Source: a bacterium
GTDB taxonomy: Bacteria > SAR324 > NAC60-12
Direction of reading: 5' to 3'
DNA: 64,000 nt
NCBI GenBank assembly: GCA_965209155.1
Contig: OZ242383.1
Coordinates: 4,103,403-4,167,402, forward strand
The position numbers and the translations under genes are program-made. Below, piece by piece: positions 20,756 through 31,039 of this stretch (position 1 is the stretch's first letter; each line of letters opens with the position of its first letter). The notes under the pieces were generated by a model. It was not told the DNA's origin, ran no database searches, and saw only the letters and a program-made list of their open reading frames with translations.

Positions 20756-22509
20756 ATTCTTTCATTGAAATCGCCCGGTACTGGGCCCATTCCTCCGTTT
20801 TTGATCGAGCCACGCGCCAGGAAGTCCAGAACCTGTTGGATCAACAAGATGAAATAGAACTGGCGGACCGATTTTCAAATCCCCTCGAATTTGGCACTGC
20901 AGGAATGCGGGGAATCATGGCAGCCGGTGTGAACCGGATGAATCGTTATACAGTCCGGCAAGCTACGGAAGGATTGGCATGCTATCTCGAGAAACAGGCC
21001 GACCCTGTCCATGCCGGTGTCGTGATTGGATACGACAGCCGCCACCATTCCGCAGAATTCGCTCGAGCTGCCAGTGAAGTCCTGGCAGCTCACGGTATCC
21101 CGGTATTTTTATTCCAGGAAATGGCACCCACACCGATGGTCTCCTTTGAAGTAATCCAGCAAAAAGCCATGGCCGGAATCGTCATTACCGCCAGCCATAA
21201 TCCTGCCGATTACAATGGTTATAAAGTCTATTGGAAAAACGGGGGTCAGATTATCCCTCCCGTAGATGAAGGAATCATCGCTGAAGTGCGCAAAGTGACC
21301 GACCTGGCATCGATTGCAGAAATATCTATCGAAAAAGCGATCGAGCGGGGAATCATTCAAAAATTGACGGAAGATTCAGATGACCGCTACCTGGAAGCAT
21401 TGGAAAATCAGGCACTGGGAGACCCTGCCAAAAACGGCAGGTTAGGTGTGATCTATACATCCCTGCATGGTACCGGGATACGGTCCGTTCCTCCTCTCTT
21501 AAGAAGACGTGGATTCCGGCAATTGAAACTGGTCGAAGCGCAGTGTAAGCCTGATAGCGATTTTTCCACGGTACGCTCCCCCAACCCTGAAGACGCTCGA
21601 GTTTTTGAACTGGCAATAGCCGCCGCCACACCCGAATATGAACTGATATTGACCAACGATCCCGATGCGGACCGGCTTGGAGTGATGGTCCGTCACAATA
21701 CCAAATGGCGCCACCTGAACGGCAACCAGGTTGGGGCAATCTTGCTCGACTACTGGCTGAGCCGACTACGCGTCATGAAGAAACTACCTCGAGATGGGGT
21801 CTTTATCCAGAGCAACGTCTCCTCACCCTTGGGAGCCAAAATTGCCCGCGCTTATGGTCTCACAGTGGTCGAAACCCTGACCGGATTCAAATGGATGCGC
21901 GCAGAAGCTTCGAGAATTGAAAAAGAGGGTACCGGTACATTTGTTTTTGCAATGGAAGAAAGCCTCGGCTACCTGGCCGGGAATCACTGTGGGGATAAAG
22001 ACGGCGTGTGGGCCGCCTTGGCGTTCGCGGAAATGACTGCATATTTAAAAGCCCGGGCATTGACCCCGTTGGACCGTTTGCAACAGTTGCATCAGCAATT
22101 CGGAATTCACCTGGACGACTTGGAAAATCGAACCTTGCCCGGTATTGACGGTCGTCGAAAAATCGAAGCGATCATGCAAGGTTTTCGTCAACATCCGCCA
22201 TCCCTTATTGGCGGAATCCGGTTGTTGCGAATTACAGACCTTTTGCAAAATGTGGTGATCCGGCCCGGATCATCCGAAACATTGCCAGGCCCCAATCTGC
22301 CGGTTTCCGATGTGCTTGTCTTCCAGTTGGAGGACGAGGCCCGCGTCATCGTGCGTCCTTCCGGTACGGAACCTAAAATCAAGTACTACTTCAACCTTTG
22401 CGGTGCCGATGAACCAACGTTGCAGAAACGACTGGATGGACTGAAAAATGATTTGCTCTCAGATTTTGAAACAACCCGACGTGGGAAGGCCAGTTCTTTT
22501 AAAGATTGA
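20752..22509 (+). CDS. Phosphoglucomutase/phosphomannomutase
   Basis: FGTAGMRG, TASHNP, DPDADR, RPSGTEPK. Confidence 0.93.
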   Translation: MNSFIEIARYWAHSSVFDRATRQEVQNLLDQQDEIELADRFSNPLEFGTAGMRGIMAAGVNRMNRYTVRQATEGLACYLEKQADPVHAGVVIGYDSRHHSAEFARAASEVLAAHGIPVFLFQEMAPTPMVSFEVIQQKAMAGIVITASHNPADYNGYKVYWKNGGQIIPPVDEGIIAEVRKVTDLASIAEISIEKAIERGIIQKLTEDSDDRYLEALENQALGDPAKNGRLGVIYTSLHGTGIRSVPPLLRRRGFRQLKLVEAQCKPDSDFSTVRSPNPEDARVFELAIAAATPEYELILTNDPDADRLGVMVRHNTKWRHLNGNQVGAILLDYWLSRLRVMKKLPRDGVFIQSNVSSPLGAKIARAYGLTVVETLTGFKWMRAEASRIEKEGTGTFVFAMEESLGYLAGNHCGDKDGVWAALAFAEMTAYLKARALTPLDRLQQLHQQFGIHLDDLENRTLPGIDGRRKIEAIMQGFRQHPPSLIGGIRLLRITDLLQNVVIRPGSSETLPGPNLPVSDVLVFQLEDEARVIVRPSGTEPKIKYYFNLCGADEPTLQKRLDGLKNDLLSDFETTRRGKASSFKD

Positions 22510-22580
22510 ATGCTCCTGGCGGGAATGATATTTTTTTAATGGAATTCATTGAAGGTGTCGTTAATTGATCAAGGATAATT

Positions 22581-23162
22581 ATGAGTGAGGAAAAACACGA
22601 AGACAGTTTGGAAATGATGGGTTTGACGGCCAAGGTTCTCAAATCCCGTACTATAATTATTTCAGATCAAGTCGACAAATATCTGGCAAAAAAAGTGCTC
22701 AACCAACTCTTGTTGCTGGAACAGGAAGATGTCCAAAAAGAAATCACCGTTTTTATCAACTGTCCTGGTGGTGAAGTTTTTTCAGGATTTGCCATTTATG
22801 ACGCGCTGCAATTCATCCAATGTCCGGTGACCACCATCGTAGCCGGGTTTGCTGCCAGCATGGGTTCGATTCTGAGCCTGGCAGCCAGTAAAAACCGTCG
22901 TTTCGCCCTCCCCCGTTCCAAAATCATGATCCACCAACCTCTTTTAACCGGATACCAGGGCCGGGCTACCGATCTCGAAATACAAGCCAACGAAATTCTC
23001 AAAACCAGGGATTTCATTATCGACATCTACTGCCAGGCTACGGGAAAAACCTATGAAGAAATCAAGATTGCCATCGATCGCGATAACTGGTTCACGGCAC
23101 AAGAAGCCCTGGCATTCGGTTTGATCGACCGCGTCATTTCCTCCCGCAAAGAGATGTCTTGA
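22581..23162 (+). CDS. clpP: ATP-dependent Clp protease proteolytic subunit
   Basis: AASMG, MIHQP, DRD catalytic triad. Confidence 0.93.
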   Translation: MSEEKHEDSLEMMGLTAKVLKSRTIIISDQVDKYLAKKVLNQLLLLEQEDVQKEITVFINCPGGEVFSGFAIYDALQFIQCPVTTIVAGFAASMGSILSLAASKNRRFALPRSKIMIHQPLLTGYQGRATDLEIQANEILKTRDFIIDIYCQATGKTYEEIKIAIDRDNWFTAQEALAFGLIDRVISSRKEMS

Positions 23163-23167
23163 ATCAT

Positions 23168-24184
23168 TCAAATCAGGGGCAGACGGTCCGTCGGATTTTT
23201 TTGCAGAATTTCCTGATCATGGAAATAGCGGATGGTGGTATTCGCCGATGAATGCCGGGCATAGGCCTGTACTTTCTGCAAAGGTTCTCCCAATTGCAAA
23301 GCCAGGGTGATGGCGGTGTGGCGCATCGTATGAGCTGAAATATCCAATCCCAGTGAATTCCCCAGACGCACAACGACGTCGTTGATTCCCTTCCCAGTCA
23401 TTTTTTGTCCCAAGGTACGGAAACCCAGAGAGACGAAAACCCAATCTCGCTCCAGATCATAGACGCGTAGGGCATCTCGCCACTTCTGCAATTCGTCGAA
23501 CAACTCGCTACGGATTTTTAAACGTTGGGGTACACCGTTTTTTGTATGGTGGAGTAAAGCCACGTGAAATTTTCCATCTTGTCGGATATCACGCCAACGT
23601 AAATTCGCCGCTTCCCCACGTCGCGCTGCCGTGAAATATAGAAATCGCAAAAGCAGACCATTGCGCCGGCGCATCAACCCCGCCACTCGGGGATCATACG
23701 TTTCACTGGCATTTGCGCCAATCATCGCGTTCAAATGAGCGATCATCAACGCTCCCTTCGTGCTGACATCCGAGACCTTTTCATTACGAATGACTGAGGA
23801 TTTGAATGGATTAGCAGGAAGGTAGCCAAATTCCGTGAGGACCTTGAATACTTTGCGCAGCGCACTCATGGTCTGGTTGATGCTTGCGGGTTTTTTCCCC
23901 TGGGATTTGAGATTGGTTTTATAATCAAGGATGATCAAGCTGTTCAGATTTTGAAGTCCATTTACTCCTTGTTGAGAAAGCCAATTTTGGAATTCCGTAA
24001 AAATACGCGAATATGCCCGCCGGGTATTGGGTTTGTAATCCTCGAACAGCAGCTTCAACGCCTGGGACGGAGAAATTTCCCCTCCAGTATTTTTCGTTCG
24101 ATCGTGCGGGGAAGCACCCGAAGTGTCGTTTAATCGGTCCGGTGGGAACCTGTTTAGCTTTTTCAATGGAACGGGGGCATCCAT
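23168..24184 (-). CDS. Tyrosine recombinase/integrase (Xer-like)
   Basis: R (AARRGE), HTMRH, ARHSS..TTIRY. Confidence 0.88.
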   Translation of the reverse strand: MDAPVPLKKLNRFPPDRLNDTSGASPHDRTKNTGGEISPSQALKLLFEDYKPNTRRAYSRIFTEFQNWLSQQGVNGLQNLNSLIILDYKTNLKSQGKKPASINQTMSALRKVFKVLTEFGYLPANPFKSSVIRNEKVSDVSTKGALMIAHLNAMIGANASETYDPRVAGLMRRRNGLLLRFLYFTAARRGEAANLRWRDIRQDGKFHVALLHHTKNGVPQRLKIRSELFDELQKWRDALRVYDLERDWVFVSLGFRTLGQKMTGKGINDVVVRLGNSLGLDISAHTMRHTAITLALQLGEPLQKVQAYARHSSANTTIRYFHDQEILQKNPTDRLPLI

Positions 24185-24498
24185 CTTGGATTTACTGAAT
24201 TATTTCGTAATCGTTTTAATTTCGAGCCAAAGGATTTTCAACTGGTGGTTGCCGATTCTGCCTGCCAGAGTGGCGTCCGCGTTCAAGTCCCCGGAAACAG
24301 GTATGCAAGAATCCTTCCTTGTTTGCGTATTCCGAAGACTGTCTTCCACAGCGTATTTTCCGAACGTCCAGCACCCTGCCAGCAAGGTGAAGGCCATCGT
24401 CGTAACGATCCCGTGGAAACCATATTCTGCCAGGATGTCTCCTCAAATCTATGAATAGACACCAAAACATCAATCACATGGTCATGTGTCCACAAGCT

Positions 24499-25698
24499 TT
24501 ATTGGTGTTTTCCGCGTTGAGGGTCTTTGAATTGACGATGCACTTCCATGAGGAATCGAGGAATAGGAAGTTCTTCCGGACATCGTGGCAGGCAATCGCC
24601 ACATTCAGTGCAAGCATCGGCGAAATTACTGGAAAACCAGGGGCTGACCGGATTAAACATGTTGTAGCGATAACGGACGAACCGCTGCATATCATAGGTT
24701 TTCCACATATTGCGAAAACGAAGCACCTCCGGAATATTGATCGATTCGGGACAAGGGAGGCACTCATGGCAGTGAGTACAGTATTCTCGACCCTTCCGAC
24801 GAAAATCGTCACTTGCCTGATCGACAAGCGTTTTGATCAGGGCAAAGCTGGAATCCGGCGACGCATCGTCCTCTATTGCCGGAGCAATGGACGCAAGGTG
24901 ACTATCAATGTGTTCCAATTCACTGGCACCCAAACTGAGTGTATGGATTTGTGGATGAGACAGGCAGAAACGGTCATTGAAATTCATGGCTGAGAGGGGA
25001 TGGGTCAAATTCAATAATTTTTGAGGAGGGTGGAACAATTGTCCTCCTTTGTCGTTGGGAGAAATGATAAACACTCCCATATCCCGGGCAGCCGCTTCCA
25101 CGATGGCCGGCCAATTGTACTGAAAAAAATAATAGTAGTGAAGATTGATGGACTCAAAAACCCCAGTGCGGATTGTTTTCAAAATGACGGGCAGCTTGCC
25201 GTGGGTGCTGAACCCCACATGCCGGATCAATCCTTCCTCTACCGCATCTTGTACTGCCTGCAAGCATCCGTTTTTTTGAAATATGCCCTCAATGTCTTCC
25301 TCCTGGTTGATCCCATGAAAATCGAAATTATCAATCACGTCCAACTGCAACCGTTCCAGTGAATCTTCAATGCATTCCCGCATTTTCTTATAACCGGGCA
25401 TCGGTCTGATTTTTGTGGTGAAGAGGAGACGACGCCGCAACTGCGATTTGGTTTCGTCCGGTTTGCCCAACTGGGGCCATATTTTGCCGTAAATTCTTTC
25501 ACTGCGTCCATAATCCCGAGCGGTTTCAAAGTGGTGAATCCCCACATCCAGGGCATATTGGCTCACATCCAGGGCATGTTGCAGGGTCTCGTCAGGGAGG
25601 ACGTCATGAGGTCCGGCCCATCCGTGAATAAAGCGCATACCTCCCAGCGTGAAAACCGGAAGTTGCAATTCGGTTTTTCCAAAACGACGATAGAGCAT
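24499..25698 (-). CDS. Aldo/keto reductase with C-terminal 4Fe-4S domain
   Basis: MLYRRFGKT, GFSTHG, CTHCHECLPCP and CTECGDCLPRCP. Confidence 0.9.
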   Translation of the reverse strand: MLYRRFGKTELQLPVFTLGGMRFIHGWAGPHDVLPDETLQHALDVSQYALDVGIHHFETARDYGRSERIYGKIWPQLGKPDETKSQLRRRLLFTTKIRPMPGYKKMRECIEDSLERLQLDVIDNFDFHGINQEEDIEGIFQKNGCLQAVQDAVEEGLIRHVGFSTHGKLPVILKTIRTGVFESINLHYYYFFQYNWPAIVEAAARDMGVFIISPNDKGGQLFHPPQKLLNLTHPLSAMNFNDRFCLSHPQIHTLSLGASELEHIDSHLASIAPAIEDDASPDSSFALIKTLVDQASDDFRRKGREYCTHCHECLPCPESINIPEVLRFRNMWKTYDMQRFVRYRYNMFNPVSPWFSSNFADACTECGDCLPRCPEELPIPRFLMEVHRQFKDPQRGKHQ

Positions 25699-25923
25699 CC
25701 AACGATTTCCTTCCTGCCAGAATTGATTTTTTCAGAAAAAATGATATTATTAACTCTTAGCAAACAACCCTTGATTTTTAAATTTTTATTTTTCCCGGAC
25801 TGACCCGGAATCAAGAGGCGGACCAGGTTTTGAGGTTTCTGAGACTCGGATCCGGTGCAAGATATCAAATCTTGGATAGAATGACATTCATTCCACGCAA
25901 ATATTTTTTTAACAAGCTAATTT

Positions 25924-26898
25924 ATGTTCGAGCCATTTGAATTACTAAATCTACGTTTTAAAAACAGCATCCTTTTTCCTCCCAACAAAGAGAACCAAGC
26001 CAACGTTGACGGCTCGGTCAATCGATCGATGATCCGTTATTACCTTGACCAGGCAATTCAAGGTATGGGGGCCATCATTCTGGAATCCGCCTACGTGCAT
26101 AAGCATGGACGCAATCATGTTTCTCAGTTGGGTATTTCAGAAGAAAAGCATCTCCAAGGACTGTCGAGATTGATCGGCGTCCTCAAGCAGGAAGGGGTGG
26201 TCGTTGGAATCAGACTGGCTCATGCGGGTGCCAAAACCTCCAATGAGATTTGTGGCGAGCAACCGATCGCTCCTTCGGTGATCAACATGGGGAAGGATTT
26301 TAGCGTGAGTCGTGAGTTCGACCGCGGGGATTGTGAGGAACTGAAAATGTTTTTCACTCACGCAGCCGAACGGGCCGAAGAAGTCGGGGCTGATTTTGTC
26401 GAAATCAACAGTGCCCAGCAATTTCTTTTGGATCAATGCTTATCTATACGATTCAATGATCGTGATGACGAATACGGTCCCCATTCTATTTCTTCGCGTC
26501 TGAAATTGAGTTTGGACGTGATCCGCTCCGTCCGAAAGCGTATCTCCAGATATATTCCCATCAGCTTCTATTTTTCCATTCATGATAAGTTGGAAGATGG
26601 TTTGACGGCTCAGGAATTGAAAACCATGATTCAACTCCTGGAAGAGAGTGGAACCGAGATTTTTCACCCCACCACCCTGCATACCATGAATAAATGTCTG
26701 GATAGCAACGAATCTTTAATCGAATGGGTTGCCAAATTTACCAACAAAGCCATAGTTGCCGAGGGAAACATCAAATCTCCTCAATTACTCAAGGATGCGT
26801 ATGGTGTTCACAAAGCACACCTCTATGCTCTGGACCAAGCTATCTTTTCCCGTCCTCAGTGGTATCAATTTCTCACTCATAAGTTCATAGACCGGTAA
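25924..26898 (+). CDS. Old-yellow-enzyme-family flavin oxidoreductase homologue with a degenerate active site
   Basis: FEPF..L.FKN, LAHAG, N.R.DEYG; the catalytic motif reads EINSAQQFLL. Confidence 0.75.
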   Translation: MFEPFELLNLRFKNSILFPPNKENQANVDGSVNRSMIRYYLDQAIQGMGAIILESAYVHKHGRNHVSQLGISEEKHLQGLSRLIGVLKQEGVVVGIRLAHAGAKTSNEICGEQPIAPSVINMGKDFSVSREFDRGDCEELKMFFTHAAERAEEVGADFVEINSAQQFLLDQCLSIRFNDRDDEYGPHSISSRLKLSLDVIRSVRKRISRYIPISFYFSIHDKLEDGLTAQELKTMIQLLEESGTEIFHPTTLHTMNKCLDSNESLIEWVAKFTNKAIVAEGNIKSPQLLKDAYGVHKAHLYALDQAIFSRPQWYQFLTHKFIDR

Positions 26899-27710
26899 CA
26901 CCAAGAGATATATAACGCTACGGCAAGGGTGTAATTAAAAGTGAGGGGCATCTCATTAAGCTCTTTGTAGTTGTTGCCAATAACAATCCCATTTTCCATT
27001 GGCTCTTGCCACCCTGAGTTGAATCATCTGATCGGCATGTTGTTTTTTCCACCAAGCGCCAGGGAGTTTGAGCCGTTTTTGGATGAGGGAACGATGGGCG
27101 CTTTCAATTTTTCCAGAGCCGATAGGGAGTTGTTGATCAATAGCTGTTTTGTATTCAAACTGTCCGGGACGATTTTTCATGTAACGTACCAAAGCGCGAA
27201 TGGGGGCCTGTTCATTGGGAATAGATTCGGATTCTTGCCTGGATTTAAACTGCTCTAACACGTTGGCTGCTCCTCCTTTTTTCATGGTTTGCTTCTGTTT
27301 TTTCAGGGCCGCTGAGCCGTCTTCAAAAGCGGCTTGGCAGGCTGCACCAAGATAATCACAGAGATGATAAAAATCAATGAGATAGTTCGCCTGAGCGCCA
27401 AAATGAGTTTCGATTTTTTCACAGATCCAAGGGGCTCCATCCCCTAAAGCATGAATCTTCGTCTGCTTTCCCAGTCCCGCTTCAAGAGCGACCTCTTTCA
27501 TCTGAAAACCCGCTTCATCTCTACCGTTCAAGGTTCCAGCATAAATGGGGTCGACACTTCCTCGAGCATAAGCTAAGGAGGTAATCCCTTCTTTCCAACT
27601 CACTTGACGCGTTTTTCTGCGATCCCCCGTAAATGTAGAGTCTGCCGTCTCTACCAGAGGCACCATGGTGCCATCACTTTCCAAAATCACCACCCCCACC
27701 CCACTGGGCT

Positions 27711-29099
27711 GAGTTATAGTCAAATTCTGGGGATGGCAATTCAGGCGGCGATCCTGTATTGAGGAATTCCATCGACAAATTGTACTCCCTCTATCACTTC
27801 GGCTAATCGTTTAAATCCGTGTAATCGGATCCAATTTTTCTGAGCGGATTCCATTAATTTGAATGCCATCGTCAAGACGGTATTTCTTGAGAAACAACCT
27901 CTGACTTTGGCAGTTCTCAGTTTGACAGTAGCGAAGGTGGATTCAATGGGATTGCTCGTTCTCAAATGCCTCCAATGCTCTGCCGGGAAATCATAGAAGG
28001 CCATCAAGGTCTCCTGATCTTTAATCAAGCAGTGAGTGGCTTTAGGATATTTCGCCTCATACATGTCAACAAAATGCTTTAAGGCTTTGAAAGCTTCCTC
28101 TTTGCTGCTGGCCATCCAAATTTGATGGAGACGATCCTTGGCTTTATGATGCTCCCTTTTTGGTAAATAGTTGAGAATGTTTCCCGTTTTGTGCATCCAA
28201 CAACGCTGCTCTTTGCTCTGAGGATAGACTTTTTTCAAAGCTTTCCAAAATCCCATCGCTCCGTCTCCCACAGCGATTTTAGGGGCCTCAGTCAATCCCC
28301 GGTGCTTCAGATCCATCAGCAGTTCCCTCCAGGATTGCTCACTTTCCCGGTAGCCATCTTCCAAGGCAACGAGCTCTTTATCTCCATTTTCTGTTGCCCC
28401 CACAATCACCAAGAGGCATTGTTTATCTTTATCCATTCTCACATTGCAATACACGCCATCGACCCAGAGATAAACATAATGACTCTGGGAGAGATCCCGT
28501 TGTTTCCAGGCTTTCCAATCCTCATACCAGCTTGATTTAAGACGGCTCACTGTCGCTGAAGACAAGCCCGCCGCTCTTTTACCTAAAATCGCTGCGAGCG
28601 CCTCCTGAAAGCCACCAGTGGAAATCCCTTTCAGATACAGCCAGGGAATCAGGGCTTCAATACTTTTACTTTTCCTCAGATAAGGGGGGATCAACTTGGA
28701 AGAAAATCGAATCCTTTCCTCTGATGAGGTGCTTTGACGATCTTTACTCCGCGGAACTTTCACGGATATAGAACCAATTCCCGTCTGAATCTCCCGATCT
28801 TGATGATAACCATGACGAACCACTCGCTGACGTCCATCCGAGAGTCGATAGGACTGATATTCCTTCATGAATATTTCCATCTCCAATTCCAACGCTTCAG
28901 AAAGTATCTTCCTGGCTTTCACTCTCAAAAGTTCACTCAAATGATCTTCAATAATTTGCTCTGGCTTCTCCAGATCAATCACGTTATAGTTGCTCATCGG
29001 CGTATCCTTTCTTTGATGTAATTCTATTTATTTTAAATTCCCATCAATAGGATACGCCACCTTCAAATTTAGTCCATCCCCAACTTTCGACTATATCTC
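27711..29099 (-). mobile_element. IS256-family insertion sequence (1389 bp)
   Basis: Imperfect 26-bp inverted repeats (GAGTTATAGTCAAATTCTGGGGATGG vs GAGATATAGTCGAAAGTTGGGGATGG) and a 9-bp target duplication CACTGGGCT (27702-27710, 29100-29108). Confidence 0.93.
27741..28997 (-). CDS. IS256-family (Mutator) transposase
   Basis: WVDG, GDGAMGFW, QRCWMH, RTSNPIES. Confidence 0.95.
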   Translation of the reverse strand: MSNYNVIDLEKPEQIIEDHLSELLRVKARKILSEALELEMEIFMKEYQSYRLSDGRQRVVRHGYHQDREIQTGIGSISVKVPRSKDRQSTSSEERIRFSSKLIPPYLRKSKSIEALIPWLYLKGISTGGFQEALAAILGKRAAGLSSATVSRLKSSWYEDWKAWKQRDLSQSHYVYLWVDGVYCNVRMDKDKQCLLVIVGATENGDKELVALEDGYRESEQSWRELLMDLKHRGLTEAPKIAVGDGAMGFWKALKKVYPQSKEQRCWMHKTGNILNYLPKREHHKAKDRLHQIWMASSKEEAFKALKHFVDMYEAKYPKATHCLIKDQETLMAFYDFPAEHWRHLRTSNPIESTFATVKLRTAKVRGCFSRNTVLTMAFKLMESAQKNWIRLHGFKRLAEVIEGVQFVDGIPQYRIAA

Positions 29100-29942
29100 C
29101 ACTGGGCTCCCTGCTAGACGGCTGCTCTTCTTTCAGGGAGAAGCATCTCTGACTGTGATGGAGGGTTCGTGCTCGGATACTGCTGGAAGGAACGTCAATG
29201 CCATAATGCTCCTTGAGTTTCTGGCTCGCTGCTGCAAAGGAGACATCGGCACCAAAATCCACCATCGCTCGCTGCAGAGGCTTTGAATAACCCTGGCACT
29301 GAACGCCAATCGAGGCACTCAAGGGTCTCTGTCTTTTTCCTCGCCGTCCTTCCCGGAAAACAAGTTCTTCGATTCCAATGGCACCAAAGGTACTGTACCA
29401 ATACAGTTTTTTTTACCATCTCGGATCAGATCCGCTTTTTGACAAGACTCTGCTTCTTTTATATCGGACTGATGGCCCAACCAGCCTTGAAGCACTTCCT
29501 GACCCAATTTACGCACTTCTTCAATCGCCCGCCTCTCAGCCTCATCGGCTGTTTGGCAACTCCCATCGTCATTTTCGATAATCCCCAGAATGGATTCCAT
29601 CCGACGGCGAAGGTGTGGATACTTCGACAGCCGTTCTTCTAATGAAAGAGATGACTCGTCACCCTCCCTTAGTTCCGAGTAACTCAAGTATTTAGACATT
29701 TTCAACTCCTGTTTGAAGGTCAATCATTCGAAATCCCCCCACTTTCAATATACTTTGAGCACTTGTCCAGCTGTTTCTCTCTGCCCCTCACTTTTAATTA
29801 CACCCCTACGGCAAAACAAGTTGGCTTGTGTGATTAATTGCTGCTATAAAGAAGGGTTGAACAGAATCTTCCTGCAGGCGAGTTTACCCATTTTTCCGAG
29901 CTCAAGCGCATAACAAATCAACACCGTACAAGAAAGGTCAAC

Positions 29943-30134
29943 ATGGCAATGATATGTCAAATTTGTGGTAAGAAGCCATTGGTGGGCAACCTCGTCAGTC
30001 ATGCTCACAATAAAACAAAGCGGCGCTGGTTGCCCAATTTACAAAGGGTTCGGATGTCCAAGGGAGGGGGTCGGAAAAAGATGCGTGTCTGTACCCAGTG
30101 CATTCGTTCAGGAAAAACGCTGGTCGCAACTTGA
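29943..30134 (+). CDS. rpmB: 50S ribosomal protein L28
   Basis: CQICGK...[16 protein letters not shown]...CTQC. Confidence 0.97.
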   Translation: MAMICQICGKKPLVGNLVSHAHNKTKRRWLPNLQRVRMSKGGGRKKMRVCTQCIRSGKTLVAT

Positions 30135-30173
30135 CGTACTCGTGAGTCAGATTGCTACTCTAAAAATGCGAAC

Positions 30174-31013
30174 ATGACCGAATTCAACTATCTTTCCATA
30201 TTGACGCTAGGCCCGGCAGGTACTTTCAGCGACGAAGCGGCAAAAAAGATTTGTTCACCGGCTTCAATTATCACCTATACGCATACTTTTGCGGAAGCAT
30301 TGTTCATGCTTTCCAGAGTACCTCAATCCGTTGCGGTCGTTCCTATTGAAAATTCAGTAGCGGGCATCGTAGATCAGGTGCAGGATTTACTGGTCAGTGG
30401 CAACCTGAACGTCGTCGCCGAAATCAAACTGCCCGTTCGCTACGCCCTTTTGGTTCATGGCCGCTTGAAAGAAGTCAGCACGCACTTCGCCCATCCTCAG
30501 GCCATTGAACAAACCAGTAAATATGCTGCCCGACATTTCCCGCAATCCAAAGTGGTATTCAGTAACAGCAATGTCGATTCCGGAGTACGTTTTTTTGAAT
30601 CGGTTCACCAGAACCGGTCAGTTGCCGCCATAGTCCCTGTTTCATTTGCAGAAAAATATCCGGAATTTTTATTCGAAAAAGACATTCAAGACTACAAAAG
30701 CAATACAACCCGGTTTCTGGTAGTGGAAACGGGTAACGACGAGTCGAAATTCGACTACAGCCGACAAAAAACATCTCTATTCATCGAGTTCAAAGAAGAT
30801 CGGGCTGGTTTGTTGTATGAACTGCTCAGCATATTTAATCGATTCAATATCAATCTCAGTCGTTTGGAATCGAGGCCGTCGAAAGAAACACCGTGGTTTT
30901 ACGTATTTTATGTCGACTTTACAAACAATCAATATTCGCAACAATGTCTGGAGGAACTTCAAAATTCTCCTTTTAAGTGCAAGATTTTGGGTAGTTACAG
31001 CTTGATTGCCTGA
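30174..31013 (+). CDS. pheA: Prephenate dehydratase with ACT domain
   Basis: LGPAGTFS, PIENS, TRF, LESRP. Confidence 0.9.
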   Translation: MTEFNYLSILTLGPAGTFSDEAAKKICSPASIITYTHTFAEALFMLSRVPQSVAVVPIENSVAGIVDQVQDLLVSGNLNVVAEIKLPVRYALLVHGRLKEVSTHFAHPQAIEQTSKYAARHFPQSKVVFSNSNVDSGVRFFESVHQNRSVAAIVPVSFAEKYPEFLFEKDIQDYKSNTTRFLVVETGNDESKFDYSRQKTSLFIEFKEDRAGLLYELLSIFNRFNINLSRLESRPSKETPWFYVFYVDFTNNQYSQQCLEELQNSPFKCKILGSYSLIA

Positions 31014-31039
31014 AGCTGGCCTTATTTCCGTTCAAAGTA

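Larger units (their letters stand above)
26956..29723 (-). pseudogene. ISKra4-family transposase: frameshift-joined ORFs split by IS256
   Basis: DGT, GDGAPWI, DFYH, IGSGKIESAH motifs. The pieces ...SSREPS / GVGVVILESDG... rejoin in frame once IS256 and one target-duplication copy are removed. Confidence 0.85.
26927..29805 (-). mobile_element. ISKra4-family IS, interrupted by an IS256-family IS
   Basis: Perfect 24-bp terminal inverted repeats (GGGTGTAATTAAAAGTGAGGGGCA at 26927-26950; complement at 29782-29805) and a 9-bp target duplication CTACGGCAA (26918-26926, 29806-29814). Confidence 0.9.

Noticed and set aside
24200-24495. Small gene between the recombinase and the aldo/keto reductase
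   Set aside because: Three overlapping short minus-strand ORFs, none with a convincing start or motif.
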